Below are positions 10,455-21,891 of a stretch of DNA of 64,000 nucleotides, in pieces. Location of the stretch: NCBI GenBank assembly GCA_054600435.1, contig BAAIJX010000041.1, forward strand, positions 62,001 through 126,000. The letters are read 5' to 3'. Each line of letters starts with the position of its first letter. Within the stretch, counting starts at the first letter, position 1. Origin of the DNA: Neophaeotheca triangularis (lineage: Eukaryota). A program made the translations under genes and the position numbers. The notes under the pieces are model-generated. The model was given only the letters and a program-made list of their open reading frames with translations, ran no database searches and was not told where the DNA came from.

Positions 10455-11199
10455 CTATCTTTCACCGCTTACTGGTGTTTCTCTGCTTTGGGCGGTCTCA
10501 GTGCTCGCATCTGGTATGTCTGTAGGCCGCTGTCTCGGCGAAGAGTCGAAGTAGTCCGACAAACGTCTCTCGACGACATCTTCTGCACGTTCGGTCGCTA
10601 TTCCAATGCATACCAGGATGAGAAATAAACCGCCGACCACAACCATGACGGCGCCGATGGCGATCCATGGCTGCTGCTTCGTTAGGCTGATAAGACCTCC
10701 TAGAACTACACCGAGCGTAGAGAACCCGACGGCACAAACTGTATGAGGTGTGAGTCCCATGTCCCCCGTAAGAGTCAAGGCAGGTAAGAAGCGAATGCTA
10801 AGGCGACTTACAATCTTCGGTTGTCCTCCCTACCCGTCCAGCGTTATACAATATCACCTGAACATCCTTGTAAACGATTCGACCATCCTCGTCTCCAAAA
10901 ATCTCGGCATATCTTTTGACTGGCCACGCACCCATCTCGTGCCCATTTCCAATCGTCCACCGCGCCGCTATCCGTCTTGCATGGTCAATTGGCAAAGATC
11001 GCTTCGTGACTAGTAACTGCGTAATGAATTCGCGGACTTGTTGCGGTGTCGCTTCATTGTCGGGAATTTGGGTAGAGCCATAGGGTTCTCGTGGCAGGGT
11101 ATCCGATTCTGTGTACAGCGGCTGATTCTCATCGGTTTCGCTTGACGGGTCCTCATCGTCGGTGTTACCCGCGTTGTGGGCAGGTTTAGTGCTTCCCAT
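10455..11199 (-). CDS. Hypothetical membrane protein: acidic N-terminus, SAM-like helical domain, two TM helices
   Basis: ORFs 10798-11199 and 10455-10778 join in frame via intron 10739-10811 (GTAAGT..ACTCAC..CAG). Two hydrophobic segments (CAVGFSTLGVVLGGLISL; WIAIGAVMVVVGGLFLILVCIGIA). Confidence 0.75.
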
Positions 11200-12546
11200 T
11201 TCAAAAGTCGGTTGAAGCTGTTTAATTCGAGTGTCGGATGCTCTATAGGCTTATAGTTGTCAAAACAAGTTGGCACGCTGTGGTAAGCGGGCGCTTTACT
11301 TGATAGAGTATTAGGGTAATGCTACTTGGCATGATAAGAGGTACGCTGAGGTCCTATGGGTGATAAACAAAGAGCTCTAGTCGCAGATGGATGAGTGTCT
11401 AGTCTCGCTAGTCTTGAACATATAGCTAGTGTACTTAAGTAGATGTACGTCCGCTTTATGTAGATCGGCTCTTCGTTACATGCCCGGGAGCTCGAACGAA
11501 CACTGAAGCCAGCAAACCAATTCCTTGAGCATTGAGTAGTAGCCTTACCCCTTTAGTCTTATAACGGGAAAGATCTCTCTCCCTTGTGAGCTTTCAGGTG
11601 GACATTGGACATATCTCGTTCCTCAACTCTCACATTCATTCGCCCTAATCTGACCTTTTCCCACGGTGGAGGAGGTCACGCCATGAACTCGGGTCGAATT
11701 GCCCCGTCCAAGGTTTCCCCTCGAAAGAAAGAGGACGACTTCACTACGCGCTCTTGCCGCTCGCGACTGACTTGGTGTATTCACTCCAGGGAGGCGGGAG
11801 CCGTACACCGGGAAGAGCAGACCTGAATGTTTGTAGATGCGGGCTCGATCCCGTCCGCTCTGCCATATTCAAGCACTGAAGCGGGTGACTAGTACTTCGG
11901 TGGGTGACCACGTGGGAATCCCACCTGTTGTATATTTTTTGCAGTTTTCTATTTTTTTGGGGTATAAAATCGTCCACGCTCTTCCAAAGCTACGAAGGCG
12001 TTCGGATTGGCGACGTCCGATGTCTGCAGCTAGCCATTCTCGTAAGCGAGGCGCGTTTCCAATTGGGGACGTGGTGCTGCATACATTCGGTACCTCTGTT
12101 GCTTCCAAGACCTGCGAGATCCAATCCTTCGGGGAGAAGGCGGCCACGTTGACGAGCAGGATTCGCTCAGCCCCGGGTGCAGCTATCTAAGGTACAGTAC
12201 TAAGTATTTGCTTGACCAGACCGGTCAGAAAAACCCCGCGAGCATCAGCGCTTAAGCTCCAAGGGCAGTGAGGCTGGCTGTTGACCCCCCCCTCCCCTCG
12301 CGATAATGTGCTGGCCCAGCTTTCAGGTCCACGCTGCGCCCCTCCCCCCTAATCGAGGATGCGGCGAGTACGGTAGGTGGTGGTAGCCCTCTGCGCTCGA
12401 CTCCCTTCTCTTTCTTCTCCTCTCTCGCGTCTGGATTTCTTGTGTACGTTGATGGTGATACTTTTAACGCCTTCTACAGCTTTGAATATGTTGTTTAATT
12501 GACACTGCACACATTGCACCAATCACGTCGAAAGCTCTTGCCCACC

Positions 12547-14553
12547 ATGTCTGGAGTCGAGGTCGCGGCTTGCGTGTGCGCCGTCGTGAGCGCCTTTCAT
12601 GGCGGCGCGGAGCTGATCACCACCATCAAAGAGAAGAGAGCGAGCAAGAAGCGATGGCGAATCGAGCGGCAGCAGGAGATGGAGCGATCCTTTCAAGAAA
12701 AGACGCTGCAGACTGCACTGCAAGACGGCGAGCATCGCGTGCAAGAGTATTACGACCAGAAGCAGCGGCAACTGGGCTACGCCTTCCGCGTCGGCGACGA
12801 CATTGCCACCTCGCAGCTCAAAGACATTGTCATCAACATGCAAGGCGAAATCATCCGGAGCTTGCAGATTGCTGTGAACGTTGAGCAGGCGGTTCTGGAT
12901 CTCACCAAGTTGCACGAGGCGAGCATTGCTAACAGGATGAGTGCGGAGAGGAGCATGGACGATCTTCGACAGCGGATCGTCTTGACAATGTCACTACCGA
13001 GGGAGCTGGAGGATAGTAGTCATCAGAGGCTAGCGGCAGGCCCCCAATACCCCAACAGCCACCCCTCGCGCATGTCGACTGTGAGACGCAGGGGCTCGAA
13101 CGAGTCAATGGACTCGTTCATCACGGCCAACGGCGATTTGTCGGACCTACCGGATGCTGTGACCATTCCAGGTGGTCAGCTTAACAGATACCTCTCGGTT
13201 TCCAGGAACCCTACCAACGGTAACAGACGGAGTCCGTGGAGGCTGCCTACGATTCGCAAGCACGACAACGACATCATGACAATTCGGGGTGTGCGCATGC
13301 ACGACAACGACGACGCTGAAAGCAGAATTCAGGAGTATGAGTCTGATGAAGATCTTCATGAGCAACTGGGAGCTGTCCATCTTCAGGATGATGGTGACGA
13401 TCGTGAGCAAACGCCCCCAGAACTGCCGCCTCGGCCTTCTATTAGCTTGAGTACGGCCTCTTCATCGAGTGGTGCACCAGTCGCAGGACCGAGCAATTAT
13501 CACCCTCGCCCCTATCAACGGACGTCGTCTGCCTCGACATCAGGTCTTTCTTCGGACCGAACCCCTTCGGTAACCTCGAACGAGACTTCTTCGACCGCCA
13601 ATGGCACCACGCCAGCAACCTCGGAGGCTCGATCGACACGCTCCAGCATATCCGTTGGACAACCCGATCTGTCAAAGACGATGACCCAAGCCGAGATAAT
13701 CAAAGCTCAGCGCAAATACTCCGCTCCAGAAGTCGTCCACGCTCCCGCCAACAAACCCTCAAAACGCAACACCGACCCGCCGACACAGCGTCCCGCTCCC
13801 CCGCTACAAACCACCCTGGTCTGCAAAGACACCAAGCGGCCCTGGCTAGGCTTCAACACGGTCCCGTGGATCGAAATCACCAACCCGCCACCAACCCAAC
13901 CGCCCATCCCCCGCAGCCTAGACATCTGGCTCCCCCTCCCCAAACCGTGCAAAGAAAACAACTACCACAACTTCTGCAAAGGCAGCTGGCTCTCACGCAA
14001 CACGCCCGAATTCCCCAAAGACCACCTCCGCATCGCGCACGCCGAAACACGCCTCGACGCCACCCGCGCGGTCAAAACCCGCACCAAGCACTGGCAATGC
14101 AAAAAATGCGTCTTCAAATCCGAGGCCCTCGACTCGCCCCTCTCCCCCGCCGCCAACAAAATCTTCTCCTCCTCCTCCTCCCCCCCCTCGCCCTCAGCCG
14201 GCATCCGCTACCGCTGGCTCTTCCTGCTCAAGTCGCACGCGCCTTGCAAAACCCCTCCCCCCACCAGCAGCTCCCAGGACTACACTTACGCTTGCATCTT
14301 CTGCGCCGCCGAAGCCAGGCCCTCGGCCCTCTTCAACGGCTTGCACCTGCTGATACGGCATATTGCCGTCGCGCACCCGAAGTATTCCATGACGGCCGAA
14401 GTGCGCGCCAAGACGCGGGCCGTGGTTGGAGAGGTCGCGGATGCTGACGATTTGGGCTGGGATGTTAATTTTCCCGCCGAGGAGGTTGTGGAGTTGGGGG
14501 ACGGCCAGGGGGTGAGGAGGAGTTCGACTGAGGGGTTTGTTGAGGTTGCTTAG
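12547..14553 (+). CDS. Hypothetical protein: hydrophobic N-terminal helix + coiled coil, disordered middle, C-terminal Cys/His zinc-binding-like region
   Basis: ATG in CACCATG context at 12547 (MSGVEVAACVCAVVSAFHGGAEL). C-terminal NFCKGSW, WQCKKC, GIRYRWLFLLKSH, YACIFC..LLIRHIAVAH. Confidence 0.8.
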   Translation: MSGVEVAACVCAVVSAFHGGAELITTIKEKRASKKRWRIERQQEMERSFQEKTLQTALQDGEHRVQEYYDQKQRQLGYAFRVGDDIATSQLKDIVINMQGEIIRSLQIAVNVEQAVLDLTKLHEASIANRMSAERSMDDLRQRIVLTMSLPRELEDSSHQRLAAGPQYPNSHPSRMSTVRRRGSNESMDSFITANGDLSDLPDAVTIPGGQLNRYLSVSRNPTNGNRRSPWRLPTIRKHDNDIMTIRGVRMHDNDDAESRIQEYESDEDLHEQLGAVHLQDDGDDREQTPPELPPRPSISLSTASSSSGAPVAGPSNYHPRPYQRTSSASTSGLSSDRTPSVTSNETSSTANGTTPATSEARSTRSSISVGQPDLSKTMTQAEIIKAQRKYSAPEVVHAPANKPSKRNTDPPTQRPAPPLQTTLVCKDTKRPWLGFNTVPWIEITNPPPTQPPIPRSLDIWLPLPKPCKENNYHNFCKGSWLSRNTPEFPKDHLRIAHAETRLDATRAVKTRTKHWQCKKCVFKSEALDSPLSPAANKIFSSSSSPPSPSAGIRYRWLFLLKSHAPCKTPPPTSSSQDYTYACIFCAAEARPSALFNGLHLLIRHIAVAHPKYSMTAEVRAKTRAVVGEVADADDLGWDVNFPAEEVVELGDGQGVRRSSTEGFVEVA

Positions 14554-14848
14554 GGGGTGGTGATTGGGTGGCGGGTGGGGGGCTTTCGTTTAATTTCTTT
14601 CTTGGTGTGTTTGTGTCGTGATTGCAGGGGGCTCGGGTTTAAGCGTGGTTAGGTGATATGATACCCTTTTCACTTTGTAGAATTATGGTGGCGTTTGTTG
14701 CCTCAGCCGGGATTAGTTTCGAGGAAAATTTATCTAAATCATTTCATTTTGCTTTCTGCTTGTTGCGCGAGAAGCATGGAGAAAGCGCAATGATCAACAT
14801 TTCACCGCTGCTTGTCGTACACGACTTCGGGCTTCGAATAGTGGAACC

Positions 14849-17800
14849 CTACTCCCCATCCCCCTTCTTCTTCAACCCATCATCCACAACCCTCGGCACC
14901 CCAGGCACCTCAACGCCCTCCAGAGTCCACTCCATACCTACATAACTATCACTCAATACACTAATCCTAACCGTCCTCTCTCCCTCGCTCTGCGGCAACT
15001 TCACCATAGCCCTCGTACTAAGTCTACCCCCCTCACCAACACCGCCACCGCCACCGCCACCGCCTTTACCCCTGCGTTGCTGCTGCTGCTGCGGAGAAGC
15101 CCAACTAACCCGCTTCAGCGCCAAAATGTCGTTGCTGACAGCGTCCGAGACTATCAGGAAGAAGCCCTCGGATTGCGGTTTCGGGTAGCGTGGCGCGTAG
15201 ATGCGATAGTCCTTGTCCTGGACCGGGTTTAGACGGGCTATTTCGAGGGAGAGGGCGACGGCGTTGACGGTGTTGAGGGAGAGCCGGAGTTGGGGGAGTT
15301 GGGCGAGGGGTTTGTGAACGCGGGGGTGCGAGGCGTTCGGGAGGCCGAGTTTGCGGAGAGCGGTTTCTAGTTCCGGACGCGTTGCGGTGGTGGCGGCGAT
15401 CAGGTTGTCTGGGCGCGGGCTTTCAGTGGCCATGCGTTTTTTCTCTTGCTCGACGTCGACGCCGGGGAAGATGGCGAGGGGGCCGTCTGAGGGCCAGCGG
15501 GCGGACTTGACGCACGCCAGGAGCGTGATCATTTGTTTGCAGCTTTGCAGGAAGCCGAGTTCGGTCAGGACGTCGATACTGGCTTGTATGATACGGATGG
15601 CTTGGTCGAGTACGGAGTTTTGGTCGCCGACATAGTCGGAGATGGGGAGGTCGATGCGGGAGAAGTGCGCTTGCAGCAAGAGGAAGGCTTTGACGTGCGG
15701 GTCCCACATTGGCAGGCCGAAGTCATCGGCTTTGAGGGGCAGGTTGTTGGAGAGCTCGGCGTTGATGAGGTCTTCGTTGTGGCGGACGGGGAGTTCGTCG
15801 TACTCTGTTGCTCGGCACATCCACATTAGGACTTCGGCAAAAGTGGCACTCGGTTTGGCATGTTTCGTGAGGGATCGGATGGTCTTGTGCGAGAGGTAAT
15901 AGTAACTCATGATCTTGCCGAGGGGCGTAGAGTCGACATCATCCTGGACCAAAGCGATGCAGCCCGAATCCGCGAGCTCGTTTAGAGACTTGTCAACCAT
16001 CTCGATCATGTAGTCATTCGCCTGCTGCTGAGCTGCCACAGTGTTGTGCTCATCCGCTGATATCTCCAAACCATAGTATGAAGGGTTCTTGTGCAGACGG
16101 CGGAAGAAGAACGTCCAAGTCAAGTAGTCAAGCGCATCCTGCTTAGTGCCAATGGTCTCGGCGGAAACCTCAGCGCCTAAATGATTGTCCAGCACATTGT
16201 GCAGACTCGACTCCACCGGAAAACCGGTATGCAAGAAGTGCTTGTAGAAAGCCTTCTTCGCGTCCTGCGTGAAGATGCGCGCGATACCGGAAGTATCGAA
16301 CTGCGGTCGGCCAGCACGACCCAGCATCTGCAACACATCCGTCAAATCCATGTCCTTGTAGCCCTCAATCTTAGCATCAAAGAATTGAGTCCCCTTGACA
16401 ACAACCAAGTGAGCGGGCAAGTTGACCCCCCACGCCAGCGTACTTGTCGCGACAAGAATCTGGATCTTGTTGTTGGCGAACAGCTCTTCAGCTAGCAGGC
16501 GGTCTGATTCAACAAGACCAGCATGATGAAGTCCAATGCCAAAACTCAACGCCTCACGCAAAGCCTCGTCCTTGACGCGCGCCAGATTGAGCGCGAGATC
16601 CTCCTCTGACATGCGCACGAAGCGACGTGGATTATCCTCCATGCCACAGTAGTTGATGAGATCCTTCGCCGTCAACCTCGTCTGCCTTCGCGAAGCTACA
16701 AAGACAATGACAGGCTTATCAGGGCTGTGCGTCTTGATAGCCAAGAAAGTCGGGCGATTCATCGACTGCATGAGAGGGCAAAAGCCACGCTGCTGCGGAA
16801 AACCATCGATGTAGATCTCCAGCGGCACGGGACGGACGGAATGCCTGAAATTGAAGAGACCCTCCTTCACGCCCAGCCAGTTGGCCAGGTCCATGGCGTT
16901 GGCGCACGCAGTGCTCATACCCACGATGCGCACGTCTCCTTTCTTCTGGCTGGCGATGTAGTTCATACGACTTACAATGATCTCTAGAATTGGACCACGC
17001 TCGCCACCGAGCAAGTGGATCTCGTCAATGATGACAAGGCTGACTTGTTGGACGTAGCTCCTCGTTTGCCAAGATCGCGAGATACCGTCCCATTTCTCTG
17101 GCGTTGTGACGATGATGTCAGCATCGCGGATTGTGCGCGTGTCGGGAGTGTTGTCGCCCGTCAGCTCGACAAGTTTCAGACCCATCTGCCGCGTCAGGCG
17201 CTTGCCCCAGTCTTGCACACGCTCGCGAACGAGCGCTTTCATAGGAGCGATGTAGACGACTTTGCTGCCGGGGCGTTCGCGGAAGGCCCACCACATTGCC
17301 AATTCGGCTGCGATGGTCTTTCCGGAACCAGTTGGAGAGCCCAGAAGGACATTGGCAGGCGTGTGGTACATGCAGTGAAAGAGCTGGGTTTGCATAGGGT
17401 TGAAAAATTGGAAGCGCTGGCCGTAAATTTCTTCAAGAAGGGGGTTCTTCAGCGCTTTAATTGGCAACGGCTGGAGGTTCAGCAAGTCGGTGTACACGCT
17501 TTCGGTGTCGGGGCGGATGAGATGTTGGAAGCTGACTGGCGTCACCGTCTCTGCGCCTAGCCATCTGTCGGAGACAGCACGAACGTAGATCTGGCTTGGT
17601 AGTGGATCCGCAAGCGGGATGGTGAAATTAAGCTCGTGCTCATCGTACAGCTTTCGACGGGAAAGGATGAAGAATTCGTGGTGGTAGATCTCGCTGGTCT
17701 CGGAGTTCTCAACCCAGATCCAGTAGCTTTCGCTCTTGCCATGATGACGGTCGTTCCACCTAAAGTCGGGCGTGATGAAGAGCTTGATACGCAGAACATC

Positions 17801-20800
17801 TCTGTTCAGTGGCGCAATCTCCGCTTCGACTGTCAGAGTTGGGAAGTTGTCGAGCAGTTTGCCGATAGTTGAGCCCATCTTTTGATTGTGCACCAAGCTG
17901 CCAATTTCCGCGCTATCCATATCTCGAAGCGAGTCTATTGTGCCAGTGGAGCCTTTCTCGTCCAGGTTGCGAAGTACCGTGTTGGGCAGATCGAACTGAT
18001 GGAAGGGATGCTCATACGGCCAGACCCGCTTGTCAATGCTTTTGCACAGACTCAGCAAGACGAGACACTGGTACCCCCAGCCTCTGTTCAAAGCGATCAT
18101 GAACAAAGCCCTGCAAATTCTCGCAGAGTTCTGCGCAACGTACGAGGTATCAGACACCAGTGTGAAGTCCTCCAGATAGGCTTTGGAGATGTATGACTGC
18201 AGAAGCACGTTCGTTTTCCCGTGGCGAGTGCCAATACCACCTTCAATATCGCATGGTGCCGAGTCTTCTTTAAGACGCATGAGTTCCTTCTCCTCGGTCT
18301 CTCTGCTCTGTATATTGTCAAACTCGCCAGACATGCTAATCATCTTGAGAACATCAGCCTCGGTAGCTTGAGGTCTCATCATGGTGTTGAATATCTCGAT
18401 GCTGGTTTGTAGCACGTAAAATTGACTCGCGATGCGGCCTACGTCTTTTGCGCGAAGCTCTTCGGTGGTTTCGTTGAAGATGATCATCTGGCTTGACTGC
18501 AACACCCTCGCTGCCTTGACGATGAGATCGCGTCGGCGCTGGACAAGGTTTGGGTCGTCGCGTATTTCAGCCCATTCTATGCCATAAGACATTGGGTTGC
18601 GTTTCATGCGGACGAACAGATAGCTGTATCCGAGCCACGTAACCGCTTCAGGGACACTGGTGACGGTGCCTAAGCTGATTTCTGCGTTGAGGTTGTCGAC
18701 CATCTTCTTGCTGAATTGACTCTCAATCGGCTGCTGCTGCGTAACAGCAGTCAAGTAATGCTGCAGTTTGTCTTGCGTTGTCAAGATCATACCGATACCG
18801 GTGTCCTGGAACTGAGGACGACCAGCACGACCAAAGATTTGGAGCACATCAAGAATGCCAAGATCAACGAACTTACCAGCTTCGGCGCTATAAAGCTGGG
18901 TACCCTTGATGATGACCGCGGCAGCCGGCAAGTTGACACCCCAAGCGAGCGTGGCGGTACAGCAGAGCACTTTCAGAACGCCCTCTCCAAAGAAGCGCTC
19001 CATCATGTTGCGGTCTGAGCGGGGCATACCTGCGTGATGGGAGCCCATGCCCTTGGCCACGAGTTCTCTGATCTCGCGGCCTTTGGACTGCTTGACTGCG
19101 CTTATAGCATTGGTGTACCCTTCGTGAGTGGAAGGGTCGAAGAGATCCGTACAGCCTTCTTCGGTAGCCATCTCGTACAGAGTTCTGGCAGTCTTGACCG
19201 TGTCTTTCCGCGAATGCACGAAGACCATGACTTGATGCCCGAGCTCCAGCATATCCTTGACCTTCTCAAAAGCGATCTTGTCGATGTTGTCCCGGCTAGC
19301 CTTGGTTCCTGGCTTGCCCTTGGCACCGATAAAATGCTGCTCGAGAGGAACAGGACGGAACGATTGGTCGAAGTAGAAAAGTCCAGCCATACGGTTGACC
19401 TTTAGAAAGTCCGCAACGTCAATGTAGTTTGGGAGTGTAGCGGACAATCCAACGATGCGGATGAGTGATTGCGTACTCTCTACTTGTCTCTCTGTCCTGG
19501 CGACTAGTGACTCTAGAACAGCACCACGCTCGTCGTGCAACATGTGCACTTCATCAATGATGAGCAGTCTCACTTTCTGCACCAACTCAGTGTCGCCAGT
19601 ACTCTTTCGAGTCACAACGTCCCATTTCTCGGGAGTAGTGACAATGATCTGAGTCTGTACAATCTCCGCTTTGGTCAGTTGCATGTCGCCCGTCAACTCG
19701 CGGACTTGGATGCCTAGCCAGGCCAATCTCTTGCCCAACTTCTCGGTGATTTCAGCAGCGAGCGCTTTCATAGGCGCAACGTATACAATCTTGAAGTCGT
19801 CGGTATGAACAGCAAACTCGCCTGCCTCTGGCTCCTCAGTTGGGCTAGGCTGTACGTTCTTTGCAACGGTGTTGAGGATCGTCAACATCGCAGCGTCCGT
19901 CTTACCCGCACCAGTGGGTGCACAAATAAGCATGTTTTCACTTGTCTGGTAAGCGACTGGATACAGAAGACTCTGCATGCGATTGAGAGTTTGATAACCC
20001 TTGAAAGTGCGCTTGCAAAGCCCATCCATTTCGCTCACTTCAACGAGCTTGCGGCCTTTACCCAGCGTCCCCACTTTCGCAGCCGGTATGCTGTATTCTT
20101 CGTACTTTTCGCGTTCCAGCCTCTCGCTACCAAAGGGCAGGGCATACTTTCTGCCTTGAGAAGATAGCGTGTTACCGGCATCGTGAGCCTTGTAAACGTG
20201 CGGGTAGTCGGCAGAGCCCCGGTTCTGTGCAGCACCCAAGGTCGCAGTCTTGTGCTCGATATCGGCCTGTCGAAGACGAGCTTCACGTTCCTCTCTCGAC
20301 AAGATTCCTCCAGAAGGCTTCGCCGGCTGTGCCAGCAGCGTCTTGCGGTGCTTGATAATATCCGAGACCAGATCCAACTCGTCGAAGCCCAAGATATCCG
20401 CCAAGGTCATTTGCAACTCTTCATCGCTACTGTCGGATGCTAACACGGCTGATATCTGCTCATGCAACGTTGCCGCATCCAAGCCATTGCCCTTACTCGC
20501 AGCACCTTCGCAGCATTGCACCAGCCAATCTTGCGTGCCTTCTTTCACAGCTATTCCGTCGTGAGAATCGAGTATTGGATCGAGGCTCTCGTCACTAAAG
20601 TCGTCTTCCTCTTCTTCGCTGATCAAGTCCCAGATATCATCACTCCCTGAGCCCGGCGACAAATCATCTTCATCCAGGCTGAATTCGTCCTCGTCGTACT
20701 GTGTAGCGTCTTCGCCGTTCGTTTGTGGCAACTTGAGGTCAGCGAGTGCTGCTCGCATGGCGGCAAGCTGCTCGAGCCACTGCGAGGCCGCATTATCCGC

Positions 20801-20812
20801 CGAAGGAGACAT
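14849..20812 (-). CDS. SLH1: Ski2-like RNA helicase Slh1/ASCC3 with two helicase-Sec63 cassettes
   Basis: Two Walker A motifs (APTGAGKT, SPTGSGKT), DEVH and DEIH boxes, QIFGRAGRPQF and QMLGRAGRPQF, two Sec63/Brl regions. Likely start MSPSADN at 20812. Confidence 0.95.
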   Translation of the reverse strand: MSPSADNAASQWLEQLAAMRAALADLKLPQTNGEDATQYDEDEFSLDEDDLSPGSGSDDIWDLISEEEEDDFSDESLDPILDSHDGIAVKEGTQDWLVQCCEGAASKGNGLDAATLHEQISAVLASDSSDEELQMTLADILGFDELDLVSDIIKHRKTLLAQPAKPSGGILSREEREARLRQADIEHKTATLGAAQNRGSADYPHVYKAHDAGNTLSSQGRKYALPFGSERLEREKYEEYSIPAAKVGTLGKGRKLVEVSEMDGLCKRTFKGYQTLNRMQSLLYPVAYQTSENMLICAPTGAGKTDAAMLTILNTVAKNVQPSPTEEPEAGEFAVHTDDFKIVYVAPMKALAAEITEKLGKRLAWLGIQVRELTGDMQLTKAEIVQTQIIVTTPEKWDVVTRKSTGDTELVQKVRLLIIDEVHMLHDERGAVLESLVARTERQVESTQSLIRIVGLSATLPNYIDVADFLKVNRMAGLFYFDQSFRPVPLEQHFIGAKGKPGTKASRDNIDKIAFEKVKDMLELGHQVMVFVHSRKDTVKTARTLYEMATEEGCTDLFDPSTHEGYTNAISAVKQSKGREIRELVAKGMGSHHAGMPRSDRNMMERFFGEGVLKVLCCTATLAWGVNLPAAAVIIKGTQLYSAEAGKFVDLGILDVLQIFGRAGRPQFQDTGIGMILTTQDKLQHYLTAVTQQQPIESQFSKKMVDNLNAEISLGTVTSVPEAVTWLGYSYLFVRMKRNPMSYGIEWAEIRDDPNLVQRRRDLIVKAARVLQSSQMIIFNETTEELRAKDVGRIASQFYVLQTSIEIFNTMMRPQATEADVLKMISMSGEFDNIQSRETEEKELMRLKEDSAPCDIEGGIGTRHGKTNVLLQSYISKAYLEDFTLVSDTSYVAQNSARICRALFMIALNRGWGYQCLVLLSLCKSIDKRVWPYEHPFHQFDLPNTVLRNLDEKGSTGTIDSLRDMDSAEIGSLVHNQKMGSTIGKLLDNFPTLTVEAEIAPLNRDVLRIKLFITPDFRWNDRHHGKSESYWIWVENSETSEIYHHEFFILSRRKLYDEHELNFTIPLADPLPSQIYVRAVSDRWLGAETVTPVSFQHLIRPDTESVYTDLLNLQPLPIKALKNPLLEEIYGQRFQFFNPMQTQLFHCMYHTPANVLLGSPTGSGKTIAAELAMWWAFRERPGSKVVYIAPMKALVRERVQDWGKRLTRQMGLKLVELTGDNTPDTRTIRDADIIVTTPEKWDGISRSWQTRSYVQQVSLVIIDEIHLLGGERGPILEIIVSRMNYIASQKKGDVRIVGMSTACANAMDLANWLGVKEGLFNFRHSVRPVPLEIYIDGFPQQRGFCPLMQSMNRPTFLAIKTHSPDKPVIVFVASRRQTRLTAKDLINYCGMEDNPRRFVRMSEEDLALNLARVKDEALREALSFGIGLHHAGLVESDRLLAEELFANNKIQILVATSTLAWGVNLPAHLVVVKGTQFFDAKIEGYKDMDLTDVLQMLGRAGRPQFDTSGIARIFTQDAKKAFYKHFLHTGFPVESSLHNVLDNHLGAEVSAETIGTKQDALDYLTWTFFFRRLHKNPSYYGLEISADEHNTVAAQQQANDYMIEMVDKSLNELADSGCIALVQDDVDSTPLGKIMSYYYLSHKTIRSLTKHAKPSATFAEVLMWMCRATEYDELPVRHNEDLINAELSNNLPLKADDFGLPMWDPHVKAFLLLQAHFSRIDLPISDYVGDQNSVLDQAIRIIQASIDVLTELGFLQSCKQMITLLACVKSARWPSDGPLAIFPGVDVEQEKKRMATESPRPDNLIAATTATRPELETALRKLGLPNASHPRVHKPLAQLPQLRLSLNTVNAVALSLEIARLNPVQDKDYRIYAPRYPKPQSEGFFLIVSDAVSNDILALKRVSWASPQQQQQRRGKGGGGGGGGVGEGGRLSTRAMVKLPQSEGERTVRISVLSDSYVGMEWTLEGVEVPGVPRVVDDGLKKKGDGE

Positions 20813-21062
20813 ATCGTTTTTCTTACAAAAGGCCGAATGAGGTTGTCGGTAGGCAGATTGGAGGGAGATGGAAGCCCAAAGTCTCGACGTCAACGGTACC
20901 ATCACTCTCTAAGCAGTGGAGCAACATTCACTTCTCTTATCGTAGCTTATCGCCACGTGCTAGCGTGTTTTGACCCGCGTTCGCCCCACGTTCCTCTACA
21001 TTTACCACTGGAGACAGAAGCCACGACAAGTGATATACCTTAGACGAACACACCGCAGCAGA

Positions 21063-21495
21063 ATGGTGAGTATGCCTCGTCTCAATAGGACCCGTTGTCA
21101 CTGACGGTGCGTAGGAGAGCCCACACGAGCACCAGCAGAGCATGCTGCTATCGCGTATTATCACAAACGTCGTAAGTATAGCCTGTCCAGGGCCAACAAC
21201 ATAACTAACGAATATTTGCAGGAGAAACTCAACGAAGCCGTCATGGTTTTGAACAAGAGCCTTCAAGTAAGATTTCGAGGTTTATCTGACCCTTTAACGA
21301 ATGTCAATTCATAATGATGCAGGAAATCAACGTCCAAAATATGAACGTGGAGCTCGTTGCGCAAATGTTTAAGAACTACCAGAGCAACGTGCTCTTCCAT
21401 CTTGAAGGTCAGCTGATCGATCGTATAGAGCGTACGCTCGGCAAGCAGGTTACTAACGTCTTACAGCTACCGACAGTCTGAAGGACCCATCCTGA
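21063..21495 (+). CDS. DAD4: DASH/Dam1 kinetochore complex subunit Dad4 (5 exons)
   Basis: Exons 21063-65, 21115-171, 21222-266, 21323-407, 21467-495 with GT-AG introns translate to [72 protein letters not shown]. Confidence 0.93.
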
Positions 21496-21891
21496 GAATG
21501 TTCGCGGGGGAGCGGGGATTGATGTGCTTGGTGCAGAATTCGATGCAGGAGATGACTTTTTGGTGCTCGGGTGCAAGATGTGAGAGGCAGCATGCAAAGG
21601 GCGATGGGCGATGGGCGATAGTTTCACGCGGGCGAAATCATGACTTCTGCGCGTATTTCTTGGCGTTTTGGTATAGTGTCCGTGCGCAGCTTTAGCATTG
21701 GCACGGCGTTCGCGGCGTCTCGCAGCTCTTCAGCCGAAGCGCGCTTGCTACCTCCTACAGCATGCGCCTTTAGATAGTACTTCACTGCAATCGCCGTCTC
21801 ATCGACATGATACCTGCCCTTCCAACAGACATCCTGCTACCTTGACAATGAGATAATCACACCACTGTGATCTCCAAACTTCCCGTCCACC

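Noticed and set aside
11600..12200. Short ORFs between the two orphan genes
   Set aside because: No recognisable motifs or consistent splice structure.
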